From: Chiloscyllium plagiosum
Taxonomy: Eukaryota
DNA length: 48,922 bases
Direction: 5' to 3'
NCBI RefSeq assembly: GCF_004010195.1
Contig: NC_057718.1
Location: forward strand, 36,641,809-36,690,730
Shown piece by piece: positions 24,239 to 36,176 of this stretch (the stretch's first letter is position 1; every line of letters starts with the position of its first letter). A program made the translations under genes and the position numbers. The notes below the pieces were generated by a model. It saw only the letters and a program-made list of their open reading frames with translations. It was not told where the DNA came from and did no database searches.

Positions 24239-26819
24239 TGTTCAGACCAGACTATTGCCTTGTGAACACAGGAGATGGTGTCAGAAGTGAAGCTAAGACT
24301 GAGTATTGGAGAGCAGTAAAAATAGTACAGCTACTGACAGAGAGAAACAGAAATGTTTAGATTCATTAAAGTTGGAACAAGCAACCGAAAAGAACACATA
24401 AAAGAACAAAAAGGCCACAGATAAAACACTAGGCAGCTGCAGTTTTCTCTCTCCTACTTCCAGTTTGAAATGAAAGGTAATATGAAGCAAAACAAACTTT
24501 TTCTATAAGCAATGGGAAAATCATAAAACAGCAACACATCTATTGAAGCAGCAGCAACTTGACCCTACATTCTTATTACTGTTGGAAAGAGAATGTTTCA
24601 AAGTGCATTCCTCAAAAGACTGCTGAAATTTTGGAAGGCTTGATGGCATACTTGAACCACAAATTAATGTAACTTAGAAAAGTATGAAACTAGCTTAATA
24701 TTTGGACCCAAGGCAAAAGAAAGATTAAAATGTGATCTCATTAACTCAGCTGACAGGGTCCTCTGAGTTTGCACAACTAAAAGGCGATTAAACAGGAGTT
24801 GTATTAAATGCAAGCAGTCAGTACATCAACGGAGAGGGGAAATCGTACCGTCAGGGACGTAAGTGACGTGTTGAAGTACTGGGGTTGTAAAGCAGCAGCT
24901 ATAGTTTAGCTAAAGAAGAACAGACCGGGTCGTGCATTAAAATGGCAGATAACCTTGGCCCAAAGAGCAAGACAATCATAGACCAAGGGCAGGATGCAAA
25001 TACTGCAGTGGCCATCATACAAAAGAGAAAAAAGTGATGCCCAGCATAAGGAAGGCAGTGTTCTCATTGCACAAAGCCAAATCATTTCACACACAAACGT
25101 ATGGCTAAAAGCAGCAAAAGTACAAATGGCAAGTGGGAAGCTATCAGATGAAGATTCTGGTGAATCATTCCAAATCATACAGTAGGTTGGTTCCATTAGG
25201 TCAGTTAATGATATGTGGTGCGTGATTGTTGGAATCACTGCAGGAGAACATCAGGTCAACATGAAATGTCACTCAGGCACCGGTGAGTCATGGAACATAA
25301 AGACCTTCACAGACCTGTATGAAGAGGCTCAGTATGTCGATCCAAAAATGAAGTCATCAAAAATTAGGTTGAAGCTTTATGTTGGGAATATACTTTTGCT
25401 GAGGGGATAGATTAATCGGCGAGCCCAGGAGAATAACATGAAGGAAGATTTGGGGTCCAGATTAAGACGGCAAGCAAAAGCCACTCCTCTCAGACAAACA
25501 AGTCTCAAGTGTGGACTAGCAACCCTCAATGTGCAATTTGCATCCTAAACCATTGACTGCATACCAGATTCTATCACAGTAAGAGAACATTTTCACAGGG
25601 TCAGGATATCCTCCAGGAGACTATCTCAATGCGGATAACAGTTGCTGAATTGGTCTGATACTGTTAAGGAAAATTCTGGTCATCCTCAAGGACAATCTGA
25701 AAGACAAGGCAGAAGAGCTAGAAAAAGGAGAAGGTAATCAAGAAAGTGATATCATCTGTGGTACAGTGAATGATCACAGCAAAGCAATCTGTAAAATTGA
25801 GAGCATCAATGCAATCAACATAAGATAGACAGTAATCCTCCCAGATGGAGGAACTGCTTGTTTATAGAAGCAGATACAAAATGGAAGATGCCATTGCTGA
25901 CCACAATCAATATGACTGCTAATCAGAGCCGGCCAGGCAAACCTGAAGCTGAATAGGTAAAAATATTACGAACTTCGCGTACCTTAAATTGTAAGTCATG
26001 CATTGACAGCAAAAAACAAACTTTGCCCAAATTCAGAAAAGTTGAGAACCATATAAACAGAGCAGTGCCCAAGAGACGTAAATATGAGACAGTCCTTGAG
26101 TGGAGAAACAAGACCTACTGAAAGCATGAAAAATCATCTCAAAAAGTAACTGGTGTCAGAAGTGCTAACACGAGTGATAATATCAATTTGAAGTGGCAGA
26201 AAGCCAAATTTAATTTGACAAGACTGCCAAACTTATTGTCAGCCTTAGAAGTGAAGAACCAGAGTACAAACATTCAATGCTCTCAAAAGTCAGCTGAAGT
26301 AGCAACTTGCATCCAGTAGCTAGCCCCTTGATCACATACAGCGGAAGTGAACAACCAGATATACTGTCACAACTGCAGGCACATTTGCATTACTGGAGAA
26401 GCTATTCTTTAACTAAAGGTAGCTGATCAGGAAAAATGTGAACTCATCAACTACACTGTCCATGGATCAATCCAGAGGCCCATAATACCCACAAAAAGTG
26501 AAATAACAAGTATCATTGCAGCAACAAATGACAGAGCAATGACACTCTATGGAGAAGTCACATCACCCAGATTAATATCCAGTAAGATCACACACAAGTA
26601 ACAACAGTATGTGCAATGAATGTGCAGAGACTGCCAAGAATAATGAACAATGCAGAGAACAGTTTGTGCTTTTTTTGATACATGGCTCACTCAAAGTGCA
26701 TGCAATTCTTTTGTACAAAGGAAGGATATCTATGAGGCATACACACTGCAGGCAGCCATCTTAATGGGAATTTAATAAAAAGTGTTCAAACCAAGCTGCT
26801 GCGTTATGAATACAGGATA
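24239..26819 (+). mobile_element. Decayed, internally deleted Gypsy/Ty3 LTR retrotransposon
   Basis: LTR 3' ends match 27/36 ungapped (24240-24275 vs 26784-26819). PBS tggtgtcagaagtg immediately after the 5' LTR. Zn-knuckle remnant QCSHCTKPNHF (about 25050); protease-like QVNMKCHSG..IRLKLYVGNILLLRG; purine tract aaaggaagga before the 3' LTR, which contains AATAAA. Confidence 0.75.
24276..24289 (+). other. Primer-binding site complementary to tRNA-Leu 3' end
   Basis: TGGTGTCAGAAGTG is the complement of ...CACUUCUGACACCA (tRNA-Leu-CAA type, from recall) and abuts the LTR end. Confidence 0.7.
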
Positions 26820-27719
26820 TTTATCAGTAGCATTTGTAGAGGTTAGCAATGAATGCAATTGCTTCACGAATGACTACAAAGTTCAGGACACTGTCTCAGG
26901 ATATTCTATCTTTCCCCTCTTTTAACATTAGATCTATAACTGCACAAAATAATCTGGTCCACTGTACAAAGTACACTGAACCACTGAGCAAACTAATTTA
27001 TTGATTTTGCTCTTCTGGTTTTAATTAGTAGTAAGATACTTATCAATTCTCATTACTTTATTTCACATTCAGTTGCAAAAACACACAACACTGAAATAAT
27101 GTTATACTGTGAAATGACAGCAATTAATAACAGGAGCAACATTGACTCAAACCTATGCATTGATGGCTCCAATACTCTCTTGTAGTGTTTTACTATAATA
27201 GGAAACTAATAAATGGCATGACTGATACTTCTGACCTGACACTTGGGGATCCATAAAAAGGGACATGCTAGTCATGTCAGTATCAGAAAGCAATAATTTA
27301 CAGAAAACAAATTTGTTTCAGAGGAAAGGTTCACAACTACAAATTTTAAAAAATGATTACTTTTAGCAAGCTATCCAAGAGGATGCAACACATGAATAAT
27401 TCGATAAAGCCTGTGTTTATTTTCCAAGAATCTTCACCACTGTATGACCCACTTATAATTTCTATATCTATAATAGAGATTAATTATGTATGATCAATTG
27501 ACAACACTATCAATGTATCATGCAATTACTAGGAAGACAGAAAGGGTAACAACTGTGGTCTTTTCAGTTCCAGCAATTTTTTATGTGCTTATGCAACAAG
27601 ATACTGACTGGATTTCATAATATCTGCTGGGCCAGACTGGATAAATGTTTAAACTCTACACATCTCAATTTAAACTGTATCTAAAGCAATTTAAGCTATG
27701 AAAAACAATCTCTAAATTT

Positions 27720-28258
27720 AAACTAATGTATGAACTTAGAGGTGTAATTATGCCTTTGGTCCCTCAAGTATCCTGTACTATTCTGCAAGATCACGACTGG
27801 TGTGCTTTGTATTCCACATTCCCATGTACTCCTGATAATTCTCTCGCCCAACCAGAATCTACAACGACCTAACCTCCAACACCTGAGGCACAGAGTTCCA
27901 AAGTCCCACAACTTGAGAAGTTTTTTTTTCTTGAGACTGTCCTTAAAAGGTGCCTTTAATGTTAATAGTCTCTCCCTAGTGCTGCACTCACCCACAAGAG
28001 GAAACATCATTTCTATGAGCACCTTGTCAATATCACTCATAATCTACGTACTTCAATCAAGTCACCAGTCTTTTAAACTTAGTGAAAAGAAAGCCCAACC
28101 TGTGCAACCTATCCTCATCAGCCAAGCCACACATTGCAACTATCAACCGAGTAAGCCTCCTCTGAACAGGGTTCCAATGTGTTCACGTCCCTCCCTAAAT
28201 AGGAAGGTGAAAACCATACACAGGATTGGAGATGTAGTCTCACCAATTTGTAACATTT
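27720..28258 (-). mobile_element. Old CR1 3' fragment
   Basis: DKV..EMMFPLVGECSTR..LWDF, typical of the CR1 C-terminus. Confidence 0.65.
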
Positions 28259-28677
28259 CAAAAAAAAAAAGAGCGGTGCACTTAATTAAAATTTTACATT
28301 TTCATGACAATTCGGTCTTAACGTTTTATAACGGTCTTCCTCCTGGAATTGTGCTTTCCCCGTTTTCAACATCTGTTGCTCAGATGGATTCAAGGTTTCA
28401 AGAAAACAATTATTTGTTGAAAGTCAACATGAAGGTCAATTTTTCACACAGAAGCATACACAATTTAGAAAGGGCTGCTGTCAGTGAAGAGGTCTCACAG
28501 TCAGTGTCTGAACAAGTAACCTTGTTACCAACAGTCAGAAGGCTATGGTCATTAATAATAATGAAGCAATAGAAATAATGAAAAAATAATTTTCATTACC
28601 AATTTCAAATTGGTTGGAAGTAAAACCAAGTCCACTATGGTTCTGATTCTAACCAAAATGTAATGGCTCAGTGATTA

Positions 28678-28950
28678 GGGGGTGGCATGGTGGTGCAGTG
28701 GTTAGCACTGTTGCCTCAGTGTCAGGGACCTGGGTTCGATTCCAGCCTCTGGCTACTGTCTGTGTGGTGTCTGCACATTCTCGCCGTGTCTGCGTGGGTT
28801 TCCTCCGGGTGCTCAGTTTTCCTCCCACAGTCCAAAGATGTGCAGGTCAGGTGAACTGGCTGTGCTAAACTGCCCAGAGTGTTCAGGAATGTGTCGGCTA
28901 GGTGCATTAGTCAAGGGAAATACAGAGCAATAGGGTAGGGAAATGGGTTT
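28678..28950 (+). mobile_element. HE1 SINE (3'-truncated)
   Basis: ggtggcatggtggtgcagtggttagcac..gggttcgattcc; V-domain. Confidence 0.9.
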
Positions 28951-29027
28951 GCGAAATTGAAATTATTCAGCAAAGGACATCTCCCACTTCAAATAATTAA
29001 TTACTCACTAAAGATATCCTTGACAAT

Positions 29028-31740
29028 AAGATATAGGAGAAGAATTCTGCCATTTGGCTCAATGAGTCTGCTCCACCATTTGATCATGGCTGATATGTTT
29101 CTCAACCCCTTTCTCCTGCCTTCTTCCTGTACTCCTTGGTCCCCTTACCAATCAAGAAAATATGTCTCTCATACACTCAATAACTTGGCCTCCAAAGCCT
29201 TCTGAGCAATGAGTTCCGCAGACTAATCACCCTCAAGCTGAAGAAATTCCTCATCTCAGTTTTAAAGGATCATCACTGAGGTTGTGCCCTGAGTTCATAG
29301 TTTCCCCTACTAGTGGAAACATCTCCACAGCCATTCTATCTAGGCCTCTCAGTACTCTATAAATTTCAATGAGATCTCCTCTCACCCTTCTGAACTCCAA
29401 GTTCAGAACCACAGTCCTCAACTGCTCCTTGTATGACAAGCTCTTCATCCCAGGATTATTCTTGTAAAACTCCTCTGGACCCCCTCAAAGCCAGTGCATC
29501 CTTCCTTAGATACAGAGCCCATAAAAAATTAATAAGAGCTAAAATAAATTAAGAAAAAAAACTAGCAAAAAACATCAAAAAGAATAGCAAAATCTTCTAT
29601 AGGTACATAAAAGGAAAGAGCATCATTAATGTGAATACTGGTCCCTTGGAAGATGAAATCATAGAGTTAGTAGTGAGGAAAACAGAGATGCTGAATCAAT
29701 ACTTTACCTCAGTTTTCACTGTGGAGAACAATAGCACCTCTCCTGTTGGAATCACAAGTCAGAGGCAATAGATAAGATAGAACTTGGAACAAACAACATT
29801 GACAGGGAAAAGGAACTAAACAAACAATTAGGATTGAGGACAGACAAGTCCCCTGGGCCTGATGATCTACATCCTAGGGTGTGAAAGAAAGTGGTAACTG
29901 AGATAGTAGATCCATTGGTTACAACATTCCAAAAGTCCCTGGACACGGGAAAGGTTCCAATGGATTGGAAAATGTCTAATAATGTCCTTATTCAAAAAGA
30001 TTGGGAGGCAAAGAGTGGGAAATTACCAACCAGATTGTTTAACATCTGTTGTTGGGAAAACGTTAGAATTATCAAGGAAGCAATATCAGGACATTTGGAA
30101 AGTCAAAAAGCTATCCATCAGAGTTAGCATGGTTTTAAGGGCAAATCACGTTGTTATGATTTGCTAGAGTTCTTCAAAGAAGTAACAAGCAAAGTGGATA
30201 ATGGGGATGCTGTAGATGTAATTTATGCAGAAGGCATTTAATAAGGTGCCGCAAAAAAGGTTAATTCACAAGGTTGGATCATATGGGATTAAGGGCAATT
30301 TATTAGCCTGGATAAATGACTGACTGATGGACAGAAGACAAAGTTGGGATAAATGGGCTTTTTTCCTGGATGGCAAGATGTAACTAGTGGTGTGCCACAG
30401 GGTTCAATTCTTGGACCCCTACAGTCTACATTAACGACTTTGAAACAGGGATAGAAGGCTCTAGAGCCAAATTTGCAGACAACACAAAAATAGGCTGGAT
30501 GATCAATTACAATGAGGAAATAAGAACCTTACAAATGGATAGAGATAGGTTAGGAGAGTTGGCTAAAATGTGACAGATGGAGTTTAACATGGATATGTGA
30601 GAGGTCATGTATTTGGTTTGAAAAAAAATGAGAAGGCGACCTTTTATCTTAATGGGGAGACACTTCACGGTGCTCCACTGCAGAGGGATCATGAGTCACA
30701 AAAAACTAGTATGCAAGTATGGCAAATAATAAAAAACAGCAAATGGAATGTTGGCTTTTATAGCTAAGGGAATAGAATACAAAGGTAAGGAAGTAATGTT
30801 GCAACTGTACAAGGTATTGGTGAGACTGCCCTTAAAACCATGCTAACTCTGACGGATAGCTTTTTGACTTTCCAAATGTCCTGATATTGCTTCCTTGATA
30901 ATTCTAACGTTTTCCCAACAAAAAATGTTAAACAATCTGGTTGGTAATTTCCCACTCTTTGCCTCCCAATCTTTTTGAATAAGGACATTATTAGACATTT
31001 TCCAATCCATTGCCACTGTTTTGGTCCCCAATTTGAGGGAAGATGTTGTGGCATTACAGGCAGTTGAGAAGAGGTTTACTAGATTGGTCCCAGAGATGAG
31101 GGGTTTATCGTATGAAGACAGATTGAACAGTTTAGGCCTATACTCTCTGGAATTCAGAAGAATGAGGGGAGATCAAATGGAGGTAATCAAGATAATAGAA
31201 AGTGTGGTTAAAATAGACATGGAGTGGATACTACTTCTTGCAGGGCATTCTAGGAAGAGTGATCTTAAGATAAGGGGTAGCAAATTTAAAACAGTTTTGA
31301 GGAGAAACTACTTCTTCCAAAGAGTTGTGAATCTGTGCAACCCCAAAGTGCAGTGGATGCTGAGGCAGTGAATAAATTTGAGGAGCTAGACAGATCTTTA
31401 ATTGGTAGTGGATTGAAGAGGTATGGAGAGAAGACAGGAACACGAGACTGAGGAGCATTTCAGCCATGATCGAATGGTGGAGCAGACTCGATGGGCCGAA
31501 TGGCCTAATTCTGCTCCTATGTCTTATAAAAACTGCTCACAATATTCCAAATGCAGTTTGACCAGAGCCTTATACATCTTCAGCAGCACAACTCTGTTCT
31601 TATATTCTACCCCTTTCAAAAGGAATGCTGACATTGTAGTGGCTTTCCTAACTGCCAACTGAACTTTGATGTTAACCTTAAACACTCCTGAATTTGGACT
31701 AAGTCCCCTTTGCACTTCAGATTTCTGAAGCCTTCTTCAT
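29028..31740. mobile_element. Nested CR1s: minus-strand CR1 tail (29028-29520 + 31528-31740) interrupted by a plus-strand CR1 (29521-31527)
   Basis: The minus element resumes across ..gatacagagccc / aaaactgctcacaatattcc. The plus element has DKSPGPDDLHPRV, GVPQGSILGP and a 3' tail tctgctcctatgtcttat. Confidence 0.85.
30827..31012 (-). repeat. 186-bp inverted duplicate of 29958-30143
   Basis: Reverse complement differs at about 3 positions by manual comparison. The ORF track shows the same peptide MDWKMSNNVLIQKDWEAKSGK on both strands. Confidence 0.93.
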
Positions 31741-34256
31741 TTTCTGCAGCCTTCCAGCACTACAAGTTAATTTACCACATACAATTAAAGTAGAACACCT
31801 TCAGTCCTGCGTTGACCATCACCCTTATCATAGTAGTCTCCTTCTCTGCTGTGCCTGAAGTTAAATTCCTGAGCCTTTCCAAACTCTTTCCTAATATTTG
31901 TCCTGGAAACTTTAACAATGCTTGTTTCATCCTTCTTTTCTCCTCCTCCTCTTCTTCTCCACCCCAACCCTTTAACCATTTCCATAACTTTACAGGCAAC
32001 TGAATCCACCCCATCCATAGCCACAGTAGGGACAATGATCCTAGCATGATAGAAGTGGAACCCGCCCTGTCAGAATAGCTCCCCCCTTCCCTAGTATTGA
32101 TGCCACACTTCCATGGATTGGAACCCAGCTCTCTGGGAAGATGTGACTTAGTCACTTGGTATTTCAGAACCAGCTTGTTTCTGAAAAAAAAAGACATGCT
32201 ATTGACGCATTCCATCTCGCACTCAGCAGTACAACAAATGAGCACTTCTTTACTGCGTGAGAAAAAAAAAGTGCTGATTTGTGAACCAATCATTTCTAAT
32301 TAGTTGAGGCTAATTAATTAAATTCTCTATCATATACTCCATAAAATCTATATTCATAGATTGAAAACACATTTATGACACAGTACATGCGAAGCACCTT
32401 GGAATATTTTGCCATCCTACAAGTTGTTGACATTGTAAATAGGTTAACTTCCAAATTTTATAAGACAGCTGCAGAATATAGTATCTCTACTCAATCTTGA
32501 CTAGGTTAATTACATCAGTATCACTATTCAGTGCAGCACCTGTTGCTGAGGTTAGCTTAGTGATAATATGCTCAGTTAAGTGAGTTCAAGTTCCACCTGA
32601 TCGAGAGGTTTGTCATTTTGGGGTGGTTTGGGGTGGGATGGGGTAGAATGATCAGAAAGTATCTACAATCGGTTAAGGTGCAATGTGAGACTTCAAGGCC
32701 TTCTCTCTATATCTAAACAAAATGTGGCTTCACAGTGAAGTATGACATTAGATTGCAGTGTGTCAGACCTTCCAACGAGATATTAAATCTTTAATTCATG
32801 GTGAAGCATCTTGTCGCAAAGCGAAGACGTGAAATTTATTTAAAAAACACACGTTCCCTTGCAGAATTTGTTTATCTAATTATTTAACATTGCAGGCAAG
32901 AACATTAAATCGCTGTAGAATCAAGCCCTATGCTGAGACTGAGAAACTTCTAATAGCATCACAATGCTAATTTTAAGATTATAATCTATATTCTATGTAC
33001 CCTGATGCTCTTGCACATGTCAATCCAAGTTAAAATATCTAGACCATTTTTAACAGAAGGTAGGAGTTTCAGATCCCATTCTTAAAAACTGCAGGATCAT
33101 CAATTCCTTGTAAGGTTACGAAAAAGCAAAAAGAAAAATTACTTACGTACTTCCAGCATTTACAATGTTCATTTTTAAAGACTGCTTTGCTAGACTTAAG
33201 AGAATTAAACAGAATCAATGACAATAAATTCCAAGTTAAAAAATCAGGCCATTGATTGCTTTGACTAAATTACAGGGCCGAATTCCTCAAGCGATATATC
33301 AAGATCTAATTAAGGAATAATGAATTTCCAGTGTAACTGCACAGCTTATTGTTGGTTCCTCAAAGTCAGAGTAGTGTTACGTTATTTATGCACCAGAACA
33401 TGTATAACTTCCTACCTTATCACAGCATTAATATTCGAGACAGGCAATGATTTTTCTCCAACTTTTTGAAAAGCAACTGAAGGCAGACAAACAAACTCTA
33501 CCTTCAAATTAAATTCAGCAGTTAAAAGGAAAATAAATGCATACCATTGCCAGTTTCATTATATGGCAGCATTCTAACACAATGGCATTTCAATTTTAAA
33601 GAGTTTTGTGCCGTTTCTACAGATGGCGATGATGTTTGGCGAAAGAATGCAGGATTCCCAACTATAAACAAAATTGCTTTCTGCTATGAATTAGTTTAAA
33701 ATCCAATTATAAAAAAAATCTGTTTTAAAAACCTGAATTTTAAGGCACCCTAAATCCTATTGGCTTATGATCTGGTCCATAACACATACAAGCCCTTGCA
33801 CTGTGATTACCACAAAGCCCTTACCAGACTTAAAACACAAATTTAGCTGCAGTTAAGATAAAACGGAGAGAGCTCACATTTACAATAACATGACTGACAT
33901 GCAACAAAAGCCAAATTTAAAACCAGTACAGGTTTTGTGTTTATCAAACAATTTTGAAGATAGGGAAAGGTGAGAGCAAAAGCTTAAAAGAAACGTTAAA
34001 AAATGCGAGGGAGAACGCTGGATAAAAATGGATATTCTCTTTAAATTCATCTCAATTTCAACTTAATTTTATTATTTTTTTCCATAGCTTCTAATTAACA
34101 TTTTATAACAAGTTCAGTACTTTCTACTTTTCCATTCTAAATTGCACACAATGTGTAATGTTATACTGAAGACAAAACGTGTCAGTAACTAAAATTTCAG
34201 ATCTAGTGCAGAAGGCAAAACAAGAATGTGAGCTTGTTAAACGGTTGACGAATTAC

Positions 34257-34323
34257 CAGTGGAGAAGTTGAGCAATGTTGAGGCATCGTAAACTGAGGGC
34301 ACATTGGGAAAATCATCTTCCAT
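34257..34323 (-). CDS. EML4: ATG-containing (alternative) first coding exon of the EML gene, EML1/EML2-like N-terminus
   Basis: gccaggcATGG (good Kozak context), 22 codons + 1 nt, MEDDFPNVPSVYDASTLLNFST, then G|gtaatt donor. Phase 1 joins exon 13889 in frame (G+AT=Asp). Aligns without gaps to recalled EML1 N-terminus MEDGFSSYSSLYDTSSLLQFCN(D). Confidence 0.85.
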
Positions 34324-35060
34324 GCCTGGCTTTCTTTAGAAAAAAAATTCAGTTTGGTCTGTTTTTCTCTTCCTTTCCAATGATTTCACAGTAAGCACAG
34401 TTCCAACATACTTCAAATTCTAAGGATATCCTCCCAGTCCAGATGGCTGGTGACAAAGCACTTCTGTGTTGGCACAAATAAAAACTCCACAAGACACCCG
34501 CCTGTTCCTTCAGCCCGTATGAGCACGCCAAACACTGAAGAGCAGGGCAGAGGGAGGAGAGCAGCAGGTTGCATCCTGCTCACTTTGAGAAGTAGTGAGG
34601 CCCCAACTACAAGAAAGTTGTAAAAAAAAAACAAAAAAACTGCACTTACTACCTGAAAATTTCAATCACAAGCCTCAAGTACTTCAGACTGTTTTGCCCT
34701 GGCTAAATGCAGCAAACCTCTGCTACGTCAGCAATCCTCAGGGACAATACTCTTGGAATTGTAAATGCTCCACTACTTTTTCAGTACAAGAGGGTTTTAC
34801 CTTCAGAATAAACTGCAAAGGCCAAAGCAGATCTAATGAATGCAACATGTGTTCATTCTTTTAGTAGCAGTCTCCCAAGACAATTGAATGTACCTTCACT
34901 TAGGGAAACATGAAGGCAATTCCAAAGTTATCTGGGCAAAGAATTATTTAATGTGTTGTACCTTTAGGAACTGTTACAAGAGGAACTGTGAAAGCTGGAG
35001 AAATTAACTCGTCCGTGCATATCCATGATTGAATTAAAGGGGGGGGCGCGGGGAAATAAT
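34324..35060 (-). promoter_or_regulatory. Putative 5'UTR/promoter of the alternative first exon
   Basis: Apparently repeat-free stretch directly upstream of the ATG. Includes a purine/GC-richer segment (34490-34610), a CRE-like TGACGT motif near 34725 and a GC-box-like ggggcgcgggg near 35045. TSS cannot be located from sequence alone. Confidence 0.4.
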
Positions 35061-36035
35061 ACTTAAATAATTTAACTGTCAGTGATCTGAAAACTCTTCC
35101 TAAAACAGACATTTTATTTCTACAAATAACTTGATAAAATGTTTTCCCTAGTTCTGAACGTTTTTCATTCTACTATGCAAAATGCCTTAATTAATCATAT
35201 AGCACAGTCATAATCTTCCTTTTAAAGCCAAAATTCCAGTTTGAAAGGGTTAATTATGTTATTACAGGTACTTATTTCAAAAGAACATTTAAAAATACAC
35301 AAGTAAATCACCCTGCAAAATTTTGAAATGACTTGTTGGTGATGCTGGGGATGATTTAAACTAACTTGGCAGGAGTTTGGATGTCAGGAGATATTAGGAG
35401 AAGACAACCAAGGAGCAGGAATACAGTAGAGCAGGAATGGTAATTTTTGTTTTAAAAAGGTGGGCTTAAAGATAGTGAACAGGTAGTAGAGTCTATAACT
35501 GGGTAACCATTCAGGAATGAGTATACATGGATTCAGGTAAAATAATATCCAAAGGTTTGGCTCAAAGAACATCAGGAGTAGGTAGGAACACACGTTCAAG
35601 GAATTACAGAAATGTGCAAGAATAACAGAAGGAAGAACTTGGCAAAATTATTTTAGCCTATAGTCATTTAATTAAAGAGCACAGTGTGGAAGAATTCCTA
35701 GATTGTGCAGAAGAAACTTTGCAATAGCGGGATATTCTCAGTCCAATGACAAACAAAGCTCTGCTAGACTTGGTCCTTGGGAACAAGATGAGCCAAGTGG
35801 ATCAGCTATCAGTAAGGGATTGTCTAGATAACAAGTGATCAATGTATCATAAGGTTTAGGTTGGCTATGAAACAGGGTAAGCAGCTGTCTAGGGCAAGAA
35901 TGGATCTGATCCAGATAAACTGAAACCAAAGCTTGGCAAGAAGAGCTAACTGAATAATGGGTTGTCATAAAAAATAAGGTTTATTTCCATGAAGGGGAAA
36001 GGTAGGACAAAAAATTCAGAGCTCCTCAGTTGAGA

Positions 36036-36176
36036 GACATGATTTGAAGACTCCAGTATTGGACTGGGATGTAAAAAATTAAAAATCACACAATCACCTA
36101 ATGAAGGAGCATCGCTCTGAGAGCTAGTGCTTCCAAATAAACCTGTTGGACTATAACCGGGTGTTGTGATTTTTAA
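36036..36176 (+). mobile_element. Hammerhead-bearing short element (family B) with 11-bp TSD and subterminal inverted repeat
   Basis: TSD ctcagttgaga at 36025-36035 and 36177-36187. ttaaaaatcaca (from 36079) pairs with tgtgatttttaa. CTAATGA-AGGAGC-atc-GCTCT-GAGA-GCTA is a decayed CUGAUGA/GAAA core. Confidence 0.82.

Noticed and set aside
26151..26164. Second exact copy of the PBS 14-mer tggtgtcagaagtg
   Set aside because: No LTR end precedes it, and it reads as LVSEV within pol-like sequence. Treated as coincidence, although a nested remnant cannot be excluded.
28290..28375. Minus-strand mini-ORF MLKTGKAQFQEEDRYKTLRPNCHEN as another alternative first exon
   Set aside because: No convincing phase-1 donor to join exon 2, and no similarity to EML N-termini.
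27802..28572. 256-aa plus-strand ORF, the longest not obviously LINE-coding
   Set aside because: First half is the antisense of a decayed CR1 tail; it starts at a non-ATG codon and has no recognisable domain.
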